NCBI GenBank assembly: GCA_963702205.1
Contig: OY969724.1
Span: forward strand, 3,918,571-3,982,570
Length of the DNA: 64,000 bases
Direction: 5' to 3'
From: an uncultured candidate division Zixibacteria bacterium
GTDB taxonomy: Bacteria; Zixibacteria; MSB-5A5; GN15; PGXB01
Shown here: piece by piece, positions 1-9,731 of the stretch
Numbering within the stretch: position 1 is the stretch's first letter
How the letters are laid out: the number at the start of each line of letters is the position of its first letter
Translations under genes and position numbers: made by a program
The notes under the pieces: model-generated
The model's input: only the letters and a program-made list of their open reading frames with translations
What the model was told of the DNA's origin: nothing
Databases searched by the model: none

Positions 1-421
1 TACAATAAACTATCCGATTGAGGGAGACTATATAATAATAATTCGTCCCCAGGGCGATCCTCCCTTGGGAGCGCTGTATTCCATTGGCATAACCATTGAC
101 GGTTCCCTTCAGGCGATCGTTGCTGACAATGCCGATGTCCCCGCATCGGGCACGGCCGATACAATTGGCTATATAGTTGCCGAGGGTTACCACTATATGA
201 ATGGTGATGCCTCGCGTGACAGTAATGTAAACCTGATAGACATATTATATCTTATCGCATATTTATATGATGAACCGGCAGGCCCTGCTCCCGATCCCAT
301 CCTGGCCGGCGATGCCAACTGCGATCAGGCCCTTAATTTGATTGATATATTATATTTGATTTCTAATTTGTACGATGATCCGCCTGGTCCGGAACCATGT
401 CACTGGGAGAGTCACGAGTAA
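1..421 (+). CDS. 3' end of a secreted dockerin-domain protein (starts before the window); paralogous to the C-termini of 3301..6723 and 16195..19749
   Basis: Frame is open from base 2 (TINYPIEGDYIIIIRPQGDPP...). It ends in paired GDASRD..NLIDILYLI / GDANCD..NLIDILYLI repeats and CHWESHE, nearly identical to the two paralogs. Confidence 0.85.
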   Translation, partial: TINYPIEGDYIIIIRPQGDPPLGALYSIGITIDGSLQAIVADNADVPASGTADTIGYIVAEGYHYMNGDASRDSNVNLIDILYLIAYLYDEPAGPAPDPILAGDANCDQALNLIDILYLISNLYDDPPGPEPCHWESHE

Positions 422-465
422 TTCAAAACGAACCCGCCATTTCCAATATAAACTCCGGCGAGAAA

Positions 466-550
466 AATGGGATGCGCGACAAGCACGCATCCCATTGTAT
501 TACAATATGCAACAATTTAAGCTTCCCTAACCGTGCAGAACTCAGAACTT
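466..550 (+). repeat. Cassette junction S1: hairpin, left arm, core GCTTCCC (521-527), type-A right arm TAACCGTGCAGAACTCAGAAC
   Basis: Stem AATGGGATGCG 466-476 / CGCATCCCATT 486-496. The right arm is identical to S2 and nearly identical to S7. Confidence 0.8.
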
Positions 551-786
551 ATCGAATGAAAGTCCATTTGCAAAAATTTCGCTGGCTCTCCATTTGGATA
601 AATAGTGGGTCTATAAGTACATTTAATTACTACAAATGGCCGCCCTGTGCAGTTTTAATCGAAATTTCCGCCACTTATGAATCTTTACTTACTTAAATTA
701 TTTTTCAAAGGCATTAGTTTTGCATTTCACCTTTCAACTTTTATCGAGAAAACATTCTCAGGACGCTCTTTGCGAAATTCATGCTA

Positions 787-2838
787 TCAGGGGCATTTGG
801 GTTCGGGTCCGGGCGGATCTCCATAAATAAAGCCAATCAGGTAAAGAATATCTATCAAATTCATGGACCCATCTGCGTTGGCGTCGCCCGATAGAGGCAA
901 AACCAATGCAGGCTGTATCGAATCGTCATAGAGGAAGGAGATCATATATGTAATATCCAATAGATTTACGTCATCATCCCCATTTGCATCCCCGCATACC
1001 GGGCCGGCCCACTCGTTCAGGAAGCTCAATACTCTTGTCAGCACTTCGTTTCGTGTATTCCAGTTTGCGAAATTGGCAATGCCCTCGTAGCCAAATGAAA
1101 AGAATACTGTCTTATAGGCCCCAGAAAAGCTCACGGCGGAATATGCCGAAGGATCATTGCTGAAACTGAATTCGGGGATTCCACCATTAATGGGAGCGAT
1201 TTTTTGGGACAAAGAAATGGCCTGTTGCGCTCCGCCGGAATAGCGGATTTTCAAATTATGGCCAATCGGAGAGCCATCAACACCTTCGTGTTCATACCAG
1301 AAGTGCTGCCCATTGTATTCAACATGTAGATAGTCATTTAGAAATATCGGGTCTTCGTTATTCAATTCTCCTGCCAACCCTTGTCCCGTCAAAAATAAAT
1401 TACCGCCATTGTCCAGATAATACTTCATGGACGCTATATCAGAAGGCTGCAAAAAGTCATCGGTGCTGTCGCACGTAAACCAGACAACCGTATTATATTT
1501 GGCCAATTCTGATCCCGACGGTGATCCATTATTGAATTTGTCCCATATATGGACCGGCATGCCTTTAAAACGAAAGTCATAGACATAAAAATATTCGTCA
1601 TAGGTATTGCCGCGGTCATCATCGACGAGCAGAACCTGGGTGTGTCCAATTTCGTGTTCCATCATGAAGCTGTGATCATAAACTCCGCTATCCGATTCGA
1701 TTGTAACAAAAAAGGTATCATAAACTGGATGTGCAATATCCGGGATGACGAATTCAAAGGGGATTGACACATTATCGATTGTACCACCGTCCCCAAATGC
1801 GGTCTGGTACGATATAGTGTTGTTTATGAAGGTTATACTCGGGTTGCTGGATGCCATAGTAACCTTGGCATTAGGATCGTCGATGCCTATATTGCGTAGA
1901 AAGAAATAAACCTGGGCATTTTCTCCGGGATCAAAGAAACCATCATTATTACCGTCGACGAATTGTGTGGAATCCATAATGTAATAAGCACGTGCCCAAA
2001 TTACGTTTCTGAATACTGTCACACCTAAAATACCCCATTGGTTCCCCGGCGCAATCTCACTCCAGTCATACCAATGCATATTATCGTCCCAAGTATCATG
2101 GATTCCGAATTCATGAGTATCATCGTTATAGCCGATACCCGTTACAAAGTGGTCGGTTTCACCGTCACCGTCGGTGTCGACAATAATACCAACGGGCCTG
2201 TTATTATCGATTTCATCTTTATAGTCGGACCAACTGAAATTAGAAAATACATAATCCAATTCCTGAGGTCTGAGATTCGGTTCGGCCATGGCAACGTATT
2301 GAATCAGCGCATTACCGATATCATCCCACCAGCTCCAGCCGTATTGATTACCCACAGAACTTCTCGATGTCAGCATGAAATCCGCCAGGCAATTATCGGC
2401 ATGGGCGCCCCCCGTTTCGGATCGATCCGGTTGTATAGTTCCGAAATCATCTATTGGACAGGCATAATCGTGAAAGTGGTCCGACATAGCAACTTCACAC
2501 CACGGAGATTGACTGTCGGTCCCAATCATGGCATCGACGGCAGCCGACTGGGTAGTGGCATCGCCGGGTATAAGGTCAGGAGCGCCATGCGAGTCATAAT
2601 ACCCGACTATCATGCCGATAGCCGTAGGGCCGCACCCATGATGCCACATATACGCTGGAACTCCGTCGATAACTACCTGGCCGCTTTTATCCGGCCTTTT
2701 ACCACGATCGATTCCCGGAGGAGGTACCGGCCCCATGGTCGTGCGCTGAGCGAATACGGCATTTAATGAAACGCCAACAAGGCTGAGAGCCATTAACGCA
2801 ATAATATGGATTTTTTTGAACTGGTATTTCTTCACCAT
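787..2838 (-). CDS. Secreted papain-like (C39-like) cysteine peptidase-domain protein with C-terminal dockerin
   Basis: Signal peptide; GVPAYMWHHGCGPTA (Cys), DHFVTGIGY (His) and IHDTW (Asp) motifs; C-terminal CGDANGD..NLLDITY / GDANAD..NLIDILY. Confidence 0.7.
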   Translation of the reverse strand: MVKKYQFKKIHIIALMALSLVGVSLNAVFAQRTTMGPVPPPGIDRGKRPDKSGQVVIDGVPAYMWHHGCGPTAIGMIVGYYDSHGAPDLIPGDATTQSAAVDAMIGTDSQSPWCEVAMSDHFHDYACPIDDFGTIQPDRSETGGAHADNCLADFMLTSRSSVGNQYGWSWWDDIGNALIQYVAMAEPNLRPQELDYVFSNFSWSDYKDEIDNNRPVGIIVDTDGDGETDHFVTGIGYNDDTHEFGIHDTWDDNMHWYDWSEIAPGNQWGILGVTVFRNVIWARAYYIMDSTQFVDGNNDGFFDPGENAQVYFFLRNIGIDDPNAKVTMASSNPSITFINNTISYQTAFGDGGTIDNVSIPFEFVIPDIAHPVYDTFFVTIESDSGVYDHSFMMEHEIGHTQVLLVDDDRGNTYDEYFYVYDFRFKGMPVHIWDKFNNGSPSGSELAKYNTVVWFTCDSTDDFLQPSDIASMKYYLDNGGNLFLTGQGLAGELNNEDPIFLNDYLHVEYNGQHFWYEHEGVDGSPIGHNLKIRYSGGAQQAISLSQKIAPINGGIPEFSFSNDPSAYSAVSFSGAYKTVFFSFGYEGIANFANWNTRNEVLTRVLSFLNEWAGPVCGDANGDDDVNLLDITYMISFLYDDSIQPALVLPLSGDANADGSMNLIDILYLIGFIYGDPPGPEPKCP

Positions 2839-3300
2839 TGGTCCTCTACTTATTGTTTTCGTTTGTCAAAATGTGTTGTGACCGCCAAGTTGTCGGCACC
2901 GAAATGATTTATTGTATTAATAAGGCATTTATGGACCCATAATGTCAAGTATTTATTTAGATTGCAACAAATTAATTCCTGGATCCCGGAATTGCTGGAT
3001 GCCTCCGAGTTGATGCTTATTTATCCGGAGTTCATTAAATCCATACTATTCACTGGGAAGATGGGCCCACAATTTCCAAATAAAAACGCCGTGTCTGTTT
3101 TTGTCACAAGACATTTATCAGCAACAACTTATATTACATGACCCCGGGGCAGCGGCCCGCTTAACACCCGGAATATTGACATTCGACACAGATTCTTAAT
3201 CCAGATAACAAATATTGCCATCTTACAATGCGTATTTAGTGCGTCATTCTCAAGGCCAGACTACTATTGAAAACTTCATAGTTTTTTCAGGAGGTATGTT

Positions 3301-6300
3301 ATGAGGAGCTACCTAAAGATTTGCCAGAATATAGGCTTGTCGCTGATTGGCATATTTTGTCTCCTTACTCCGGCGTTTTCGGCGTCATTAAGCCCTATAC
3401 ATGATGCCCAAACATACGCCGGACAGTCGTCCCGCCCCCGTGCTTTTACAAAGAATATGGGTCAATGGCCGGACAGCATTCTGTTCCGCGCCGACGGCGG
3501 CGGGGCAACCATGTGGTTCACCAAAAACGGTATTTACTATCAGTATTTCCGGAAAATCGAGAGCTCCGACCCCGCTTCAAAATTGGCCAACAATGATTTT
3601 CCGGACCAATTGCAACGGGAGCCTGACAGTGTCGAGACGATGATGATCAAAGCCGAGTTTGTCGGCGCCAATCCGGAAGTGGAAGTCTCGGAGCTGAACA
3701 GGCTCGAATACAACTGTAATTATTTTCTCGGAGACGATCCAGCCAGATGGCGGACAGACGTCCCCAATTATTCCGGAATAAAGATGAAAGATGTCTATCC
3801 CGGGGTGGATGTCGTCTACCAAAATCAGGACGGGAAAATAACATTTAAAGTGGAACCCGAATCCGCGGACCATCTATCTCAGGTGCATGTCATATACAAG
3901 GACGCTTCGCAAGCTGAAATCGGCAACGATGAAAGTTCAGCCATTCAAACGAAGTTTGGAGAAATGTCCTGTTCCGGCATTTTGATATCAAGTGGAATAA
4001 AGCCGATCATAAACGAATCACCGAGTCAATCAGAGTCATCGACAAACTTATCTCTTGTTTATAGCACCTATCTTGGAGGATCATTTGCTGATATTGGCCT
4101 CGGTATAGCCGTCGATGCTTCAGGCAATGCTTTTATCACGGGAAACACTTCATCTGCTGATTTTCCCACCAGCGATCCATACCAACCCGGCGCTTCTAAT
4201 GCTAATCTTGATGTTTACGTTACCAAGCTGAATAGCTCCGGCAACAACCTTATCTACAGTACATATCTCGGGGGATCAAGTGCAGATCGTGGCGTTGATA
4301 TCGCAAACGATGTTTTAGGAAATATTTATGTGTCCGGAAATACGGGTTCCTCCGATTTTCCTACTAAGACCCCATACCAGACGGACCAGGGCGGGGCTGA
4401 TATTTTCGTAACCAAATTTAATAGCGCTGGCAATAGCCTGATTTATAGCACGTATCTTGGAGGGTCAGATGATGAATCTTTAGGGTTCATTGCTGTCGAT
4501 GCTGCAGGAAATGCCTATGTATCCGGTGGTTCAAATTCCACGGATTTCCCTACTCTCAACCCGTATCAGGCCGACCAGGGAGATGAGGACGCAGTTGTAA
4601 CCAAATTCACCAGCGTAGGCGATCTGGTTTACAGCACTTACCTCGGTGGCTCAGGTGCAGATCACGGTTATGGTATAGCTGTTGATGTCAATGAAAATGC
4701 GTATATAATTGGTGTGACTTTATCAACCGATTTCCCAACTTTGAATCCCTACCAGGCAGATTTAAATAATGGGTCTCTTGATATTTTTGTAGCCAAACTC
4801 GATAGTTCGGGTAATAACCTTGACTACAGCACCTATCTCGGAGGGAGCATTTATGAATATGGCTATGGTATCGTTGTTGATGCTTCTGGAAATGCTTATG
4901 TTAGTGGTTATACATATTCTACCGATTTCCCTACGAAAAATCCATATCAAATCGACCCGGGAGATGGAACTTATGATGCCTTTATTGCCAAACTAAATAG
5001 TTCGGGCAATAACCTGATTTACAGCACTTATCTTGGAGGCAGTGCTGATGACCAAGCTTATGGTATTGCAATCGATGCTTCCGGAAACGCTTATGTAACT
5101 GGCAGAACTGGTTCGACTGACTACCCGACCCAAAATGAATACCAGACGGACCCCGGAGACGAAGCAGCAGATGCTTTTGTAACAAAACTGGATGATTCGG
5201 GAGGTCTTGTGTACAGCACTTATCTAGGTGGAACAGGGATTGATGTTGGCACGAGCATAGCCGTGGATGCCCCAGCAGATGTTTATATCACTGGATACAC
5301 ATATTCTGCGGATTTCCCTACTGCAAATCCTTTTCAAGCAGATCCAGGAGGGGGTATTGAAGACGCTTTTGTTTCCAAGCTATGTTTACCGGAACCAAAT
5401 CGAATATTAAATCTGGATGATGCGGGTAGTTCCAGTTTGAGATGGGTCCTTAATAATCTTAATGCCGACCCCAATATTGATACTGTGATTTTTGACGTTT
5501 CTGGCACAATACATCTGGAGACGCCACTTCCGACTATTTCTGACGACGGTATTACAATTCTCGGTTCCACGGCTCCCGGAGGCGCGTATTCGGTCGTAAT
5601 CGACGGATCAGGGTTGGCCAAAACCATAAACAGCGGCCTGATTATTGCCAGTTCAAATAATAAAATCGAGGGATTGACTATCTCAGGGTTTGCCGGAAAC
5701 GGGATAGAAGCCACCGGGGCAAATTCAACTAACAACACTATAACCAACAACCTCATCTTCAATAATGGAGGATTGGGAATCGACCTCAATGACGATGGGG
5801 TTACAATCAACGATGATGGCGATTGTGACAGTGGTCCGAATAACCTGATTAATTACCCGGAAACGGATTCTCTCATAATGGATTTTATTGGTTCATTCAG
5901 GGTTTATGGCCGGGCTGCAGAGAATGGGATAATTGAATTCTTTGTAGCCCATCCGGCCGGTGACACGTCCAAACCGGCTGATCCCTCCGGGCATGGTGAA
6001 GCGTGGTCATACATAGGTTCGGATACAGCAGATTGTAATGGCGGCTTTGATTTTATGATTAATGATGCCATCCCATATTTTTCACTTGTAACTATGACTT
6101 GTACCGATAACATGGGCAATACCTCGGAATTTTCCCCCAATTTCAACCTCATCCCAACCCCGCTTATTATAGTCGGATATTCACCAATCAACATTGAAGT
6201 AATCGATCCTACGGGCGACAGCATCGGCAAACTTCCGGATAATACATTTTTCAACACTATCGGATTCAACGCTACGTATGATGAGACTGAACATGATTCG

Positions 6301-6723
6301 ATCACAATAAATAATCCCATTGAGGGCAACTATATAATAATCATTCATCCACAAGGCGACCCTCATGCGGGAGAGCTGTATTCTATCGGCGTTACCATTG
6401 ACGGCTCCCAACAGGCTATCATTGTTGACGATGTTAACGTACCTACGTCTGGTACGGCTGATACGCTTGGATATATAGTCACAGACGGTTACCATTTCAT
6501 GAACGGCGATGCTTCGCGCGACGATCATGTGAACCTGATGGATATTACTTACCTTATAGCATACCTATATTATGAACCTCCGGGGCCGGCTCCATATCCA
6601 TTGACTGCAGGTGATGCCAATTGTGACCAGGCCCTTAATCTGGTTGATATATTGTATCTGGTTTCATACTTGTACGATGATCCGCCTGGCCCGGAACCAT
6701 GTCACTGGGAGAGCTACGAATAG
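3301..6723 (+). CDS. Secreted SBBP beta-propeller repeat protein with beta-helix region and C-terminal dockerin
   Basis: RBS GGAGG; signal peptide; N-terminal FTKNMGQW...NYFLG...VYPGVD domain; about 7 YSTYLGGS..D.G.GIAVD..GNAYVTG repeats; dockerin pair. Confidence 0.85.
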   Translation: MRSYLKICQNIGLSLIGIFCLLTPAFSASLSPIHDAQTYAGQSSRPRAFTKNMGQWPDSILFRADGGGATMWFTKNGIYYQYFRKIESSDPASKLANNDFPDQLQREPDSVETMMIKAEFVGANPEVEVSELNRLEYNCNYFLGDDPARWRTDVPNYSGIKMKDVYPGVDVVYQNQDGKITFKVEPESADHLSQVHVIYKDASQAEIGNDESSAIQTKFGEMSCSGILISSGIKPIINESPSQSESSTNLSLVYSTYLGGSFADIGLGIAVDASGNAFITGNTSSADFPTSDPYQPGASNANLDVYVTKLNSSGNNLIYSTYLGGSSADRGVDIANDVLGNIYVSGNTGSSDFPTKTPYQTDQGGADIFVTKFNSAGNSLIYSTYLGGSDDESLGFIAVDAAGNAYVSGGSNSTDFPTLNPYQADQGDEDAVVTKFTSVGDLVYSTYLGGSGADHGYGIAVDVNENAYIIGVTLSTDFPTLNPYQADLNNGSLDIFVAKLDSSGNNLDYSTYLGGSIYEYGYGIVVDASGNAYVSGYTYSTDFPTKNPYQIDPGDGTYDAFIAKLNSSGNNLIYSTYLGGSADDQAYGIAIDASGNAYVTGRTGSTDYPTQNEYQTDPGDEAADAFVTKLDDSGGLVYSTYLGGTGIDVGTSIAVDAPADVYITGYTYSADFPTANPFQADPGGGIEDAFVSKLCLPEPNRILNLDDAGSSSLRWVLNNLNADPNIDTVIFDVSGTIHLETPLPTISDDGITILGSTAPGGAYSVVIDGSGLAKTINSGLIIASSNNKIEGLTISGFAGNGIEATGANSTNNTITNNLIFNNGGLGIDLNDDGVTINDDGDCDSGPNNLINYPETDSLIMDFIGSFRVYGRAAENGIIEFFVAHPAGDTSKPADPSGHGEAWSYIGSDTADCNGGFDFMINDAIPYFSLVTMTCTDNMGNTSEFSPNFNLIPTPLIIVGYSPINIEVIDPTGDSIGKLPDNTFFNTIGFNATYDETEHDSITINNPIEGNYIIIIHPQGDPHAGELYSIGVTIDGSQQAIIVDDVNVPTSGTADTLGYIVTDGYHFMNGDASRDDHVNLMDITYLIAYLYYEPPGPAPYPLTAGDANCDQALNLVDILYLVSYLYDDPPGPEPCHWESYE

Positions 6724-6766
6724 ACTATAACGATTACCGCCATTTCCAAAATAGTCTCCGGATGAA

Positions 6767-6858
6767 ACAATGGGATACGCGCAAATACCGCGCATCCCAT
6801 TGTATAACAATATGTTATAAGCTTTGCTCCCCTAACCGTGCAGAACTCAGAACCTTTT
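6767..6858 (+). repeat. Cassette junction S2: hairpin, left arm, core GCTCCCC (6826-6832), type-A right arm
   Basis: Stem ACAATGGGATACGCG / CGCGCATCCCATTGT, then ATAACAATATGTTATAAGCTTT-GCTCCCC-TAACCGTGCAGAACTCAGAACC. Confidence 0.85.
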
Positions 6859-6994
6859 CGACAATTTTAGAGATAAAATGACGGTATTATTCTCTAATAT
6901 AGGGCATAATGGCACTCTTGGTTGATAGCGGCTATCTGTAAAAATGTTTAATATCAGGAACTGCTGTTTGCGAGGACCTTAATCCTGATTTTTC

Positions 6995-7117
6995 CTACGG
7001 AGTGCTCTTCTGTTGCTTGTCCTTCTTATCCTGTTTTATCTTTTCTTTTTGACGCTGTTTGTTTTCCTTCTGTTTCTGATTCTTGTCCTTACCCTTTTTC
7101 CCGCCTTTGTCTCCCAT
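6995..7117 (-). CDS. Small Lys/Gln-rich basic protein (40 aa, MGDKGGKKGKDKNQKQKENKQRQKEKIKQDKKDKQQKSTP)
   Basis: Translated by hand (below the ORF-track cutoff). AAGGAG RBS 7 nt upstream of the ATG. Confidence 0.65.
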   Translation of the reverse strand: MGDKGGKKGKDKNQKQKENKQRQKEKIKQDKKDKQQKSTP

Positions 7118-7847
7118 AGCATGTCTCCTTTCCTTCTGCTATTTATTGTCTCGCCTTGAGAGCGCAATCGCGCCATCGATTCCGGGACTTCCTAAATTCA
7201 TCGCCCTGAAGACCTGGATAATATTACTTAGCTCTTTTTATAATGGCGAAGCCTGCCAAATAATAGACGTCAAAAAGTTCCTGAAGGGCAGGAATCCCGG
7301 TCTCGTTGCTACATCTCAGCGAACATTTATTTAGTTTATGGAATAATCTAATATGGTTCAACCAAAAAATTCGTTTTCGGGAGGATTGGATATTAATAGC
7401 AGGGTCGTCTGCGCCAGATTTAGAACTCCCCGAATGACGGTTTAAAAATTAAGTAAAGTGGTACCAATGACATATTTTTGTAAATTCTACGTAGTTTATT
7501 CCAGAACGGGGTTGGAAACCAAACCCGCGGCTCACGTTGCAGCGCAGGACGTTAGGTCAAAATATAACGATAAAGTGACCATTTTTTTTATCCCAGCGAA
7601 ATGCAACCAAAGAATAAATGACCCTTTGTAAAAAGAATCGTAGGTTATTGTCTAATCATCACGTATCATATGTTGATAGGATTAATTTGAGTTCGAACTT
7701 TTTCGTAGTTTTGTTCTCATATACAACTCTCCGCTAAAGCTTAATCTCGAATTTATAGTGCAATTATGCGCAATATATCAATTGTCCTGAAGAATCTGAC
7801 TGCACTGGAAGCAGTTCAACTTCGGGACAACAATTATGGGGTGTGGA

Positions 7848-8108
7848 ATGAATATCTACATCGGAAACATGTCGTTCGATACGACGGAAGATCAGATACG
7901 CCAAGCCTTCGAGGGCTATGGCGAAGTTTCAGCTGTCAGAGTTATTACCGACAGGGACAGCGGTCAACCAAAAGGGTTCGCGTTTGTCGAGATGGAGGCA
8001 AAGGATGAAGCTGTTGCTGCCATTAGCGGCCTTAATGGCCAGGATCTTAATGGACGCGAGTTAAATGTCAACGAGGCAAAACCACGTGCCCAAAGTGAGC
8101 GCGTGTAA
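7848..8108 (+). CDS. RRM (RNP-1) RNA-binding protein with its C-terminal tail replaced by the IS256 insertion
   Basis: MNIYIGNM (RNP-2) and KGFAFVEM (RNP-1). The original tail DNGNRRSH* continues in frame after the IS at about 9423-9449. Confidence 0.9.
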   Translation: MNIYIGNMSFDTTEDQIRQAFEGYGEVSAVRVITDRDSGQPKGFAFVEMEAKDEAVAAISGLNGQDLNGRELNVNEAKPRAQSERV

Positions 8109-9416
8109 ATATTTTTGTGTAAGTGGCCATGACGTATATATAGTTGAAGGAGGTATATCATGGCCAAGAAACGTGACGAAGCTGACAAACTGATCGACGA
8201 GATGATCGCCGGCAAGACGCCGGAAGAGATAGTGGGTGAGGGCGGTCTTCTGCAGGCGCTCACGAAACGGGTGTATGAGCGCGCCCTCGCAGGTGAGATG
8301 ACGCATCACTTGGGCTATCCGCCCAATGCTCCCGAAGGCAAAAACAGCGGCAACTCTCGCAACGGCAAAACCAGCAAGACGGTCAAGACCGGGTCGGCAG
8401 ATGTTACGCTGGAGATTCCGCGGGACCGGAACGGCGAGTTCGAGCCGCAGTTGGTTAAAAAGCACCAGCGGCGCCTGCCCGGTTTCGACGACAAGGTGTT
8501 GGCGCTGTACGCTCGGGGTTTGACGACGCGGGATATCCAGGGTCATCTTGAGGAGATGTACCAGTCGGAGGTTTCCCCGGCCTTGATTTCGGCGGTGACG
8601 GACGCCGTGCTTCAGGAGGTGACGGTGTGGCAGAGTCGGCCGCTGGAGGCGGTCTACCCGATCGTCTATCTGGACGCCATCCACCTGAAGCTTCGTCAGA
8701 GCGGCCAGGTCAAAAACCAGGCGGTCTATTTGGCCTTGGGGATCACGCCGGAGGGTTACAAGGAACTCTTGGGTTTGTGGGTCGGCGATCAGGAGGGTTC
8801 GAAGTTCTGGCTGTCGGTGCTGACGGAGCTTAAGAACCGGGGCGTTCGGGACATCCTGATTGCCTGTGTCGATGGTCTGACGGGGTTCCCTGATGCGATT
8901 GAGACGGCCTTTCCGCAGACCCAGGTGCAGTTATGTCTCGTGCACATGGTGCGCAACTCGCTGAAGTATGTCGGTTGGAAAGAGCGCAAGGCGGTCGCGG
9001 CCGATCTCAAGACGATCTACTCGGCGCCCAACGAAGAAGCCGCCGAGCAGGCCCTGACGGCGTTCGAGGCCACATACCGGGACCGTTTCCCGCAGATCGC
9101 CCGCTCATGGCGGTCCTGCTGGATGAACATCATCCCGTTTTTTAGCTACCCCAAAGAGATTCGAAAGGTTATCTATACGACCAACGCCATCGAGTCGATG
9201 AATGCTCAGTTGCGCAAGGTGACGCGGAATCGCGGCTCGTTCCCGACGGTGGAATCAGTCAGAAAGGTGATCTACCTGGCGATACAAAGAATCTCGAAAA
9301 AATGGAAGCGTCCGATCAAGGACTGGGTGGCGGCCCTTAATCACTTCTGCATCGTCTTCGAGGGAAGGATCGAAAACACATGAACCGGCCGCTTACACAA
9401 AATTCCGTACACTCCC
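8099..9416 (+). mobile_element. IS256-family insertion sequence
   Basis: Imperfect 30-bp terminal IRs (GCGCGTGTAAATATTTTTGTGTAAGTGGCC vs GGGAGTGTACGGAATTTTGTGTAAGCGGCC); 8-bp target duplication CAAAGTGA at 8091-8098 and 9417-9424; higher GC than the flanks. Confidence 0.95.
8160..9383 (+). CDS. IS256-family (Mutator-like) DDE transposase
   Basis: IPRDRNGEFEPQ, YPIVYLDA, ACVDGLTGF, QLCLVHMVRNSL and YTTNAIES motifs. Confidence 0.97.
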   Translation: MAKKRDEADKLIDEMIAGKTPEEIVGEGGLLQALTKRVYERALAGEMTHHLGYPPNAPEGKNSGNSRNGKTSKTVKTGSADVTLEIPRDRNGEFEPQLVKKHQRRLPGFDDKVLALYARGLTTRDIQGHLEEMYQSEVSPALISAVTDAVLQEVTVWQSRPLEAVYPIVYLDAIHLKLRQSGQVKNQAVYLALGITPEGYKELLGLWVGDQEGSKFWLSVLTELKNRGVRDILIACVDGLTGFPDAIETAFPQTQVQLCLVHMVRNSLKYVGWKERKAVAADLKTIYSAPNEEAAEQALTAFEATYRDRFPQIARSWRSCWMNIIPFFSYPKEIRKVIYTTNAIESMNAQLRKVTRNRGSFPTVESVRKVIYLAIQRISKKWKRPIKDWVAALNHFCIVFEGRIENT

Positions 9417-9500
9417 CAAAGTGACAACGGCAACCGCAGGTCGCACTAACGGCGAATTAATATGACCAGTGTCCATATTGACGCGGAACTGATTTCCACC

Positions 9501-9529
9501 GAGATTGGCTTTTGGCCAGTCTCTTTTTT
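9501..9529 (+). terminator. Probable Rho-independent terminator of the RRM gene
   Basis: GAGATTGGC-loop-GCCAGTCTC followed by a T-tract, 51 nt after the original RRM stop. Confidence 0.6.
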
Positions 9530-9731
9530 ATTGTCTCCAAATGCCAGAAAACTGTCAAGAATAAGTCCGTCATACACTTATTGTGTATTCTACCATTATG
9601 TCTGTTGTATTACGGTGTATCGGCGATAATCTCTATAATATTCGGGGAATCAAACATGAATATGCTTGCGGCTTTAAAAATGGCCCGCCAATGGTTAATT
9701 CCCGGAACAAGGGTGAGATTTCAATCCAGAA

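Noticed and set aside
397..696. Short ORFs across junctions (397..696, 6699..6881, 15851..16111, 19788..20045, 33573..33782)
   Set aside because: No convincing RBS or start, and most overlap stop codons and hairpins. Their similarity reflects the DNA repeat; only the post-core part is considered, as a potential recombinase tail.
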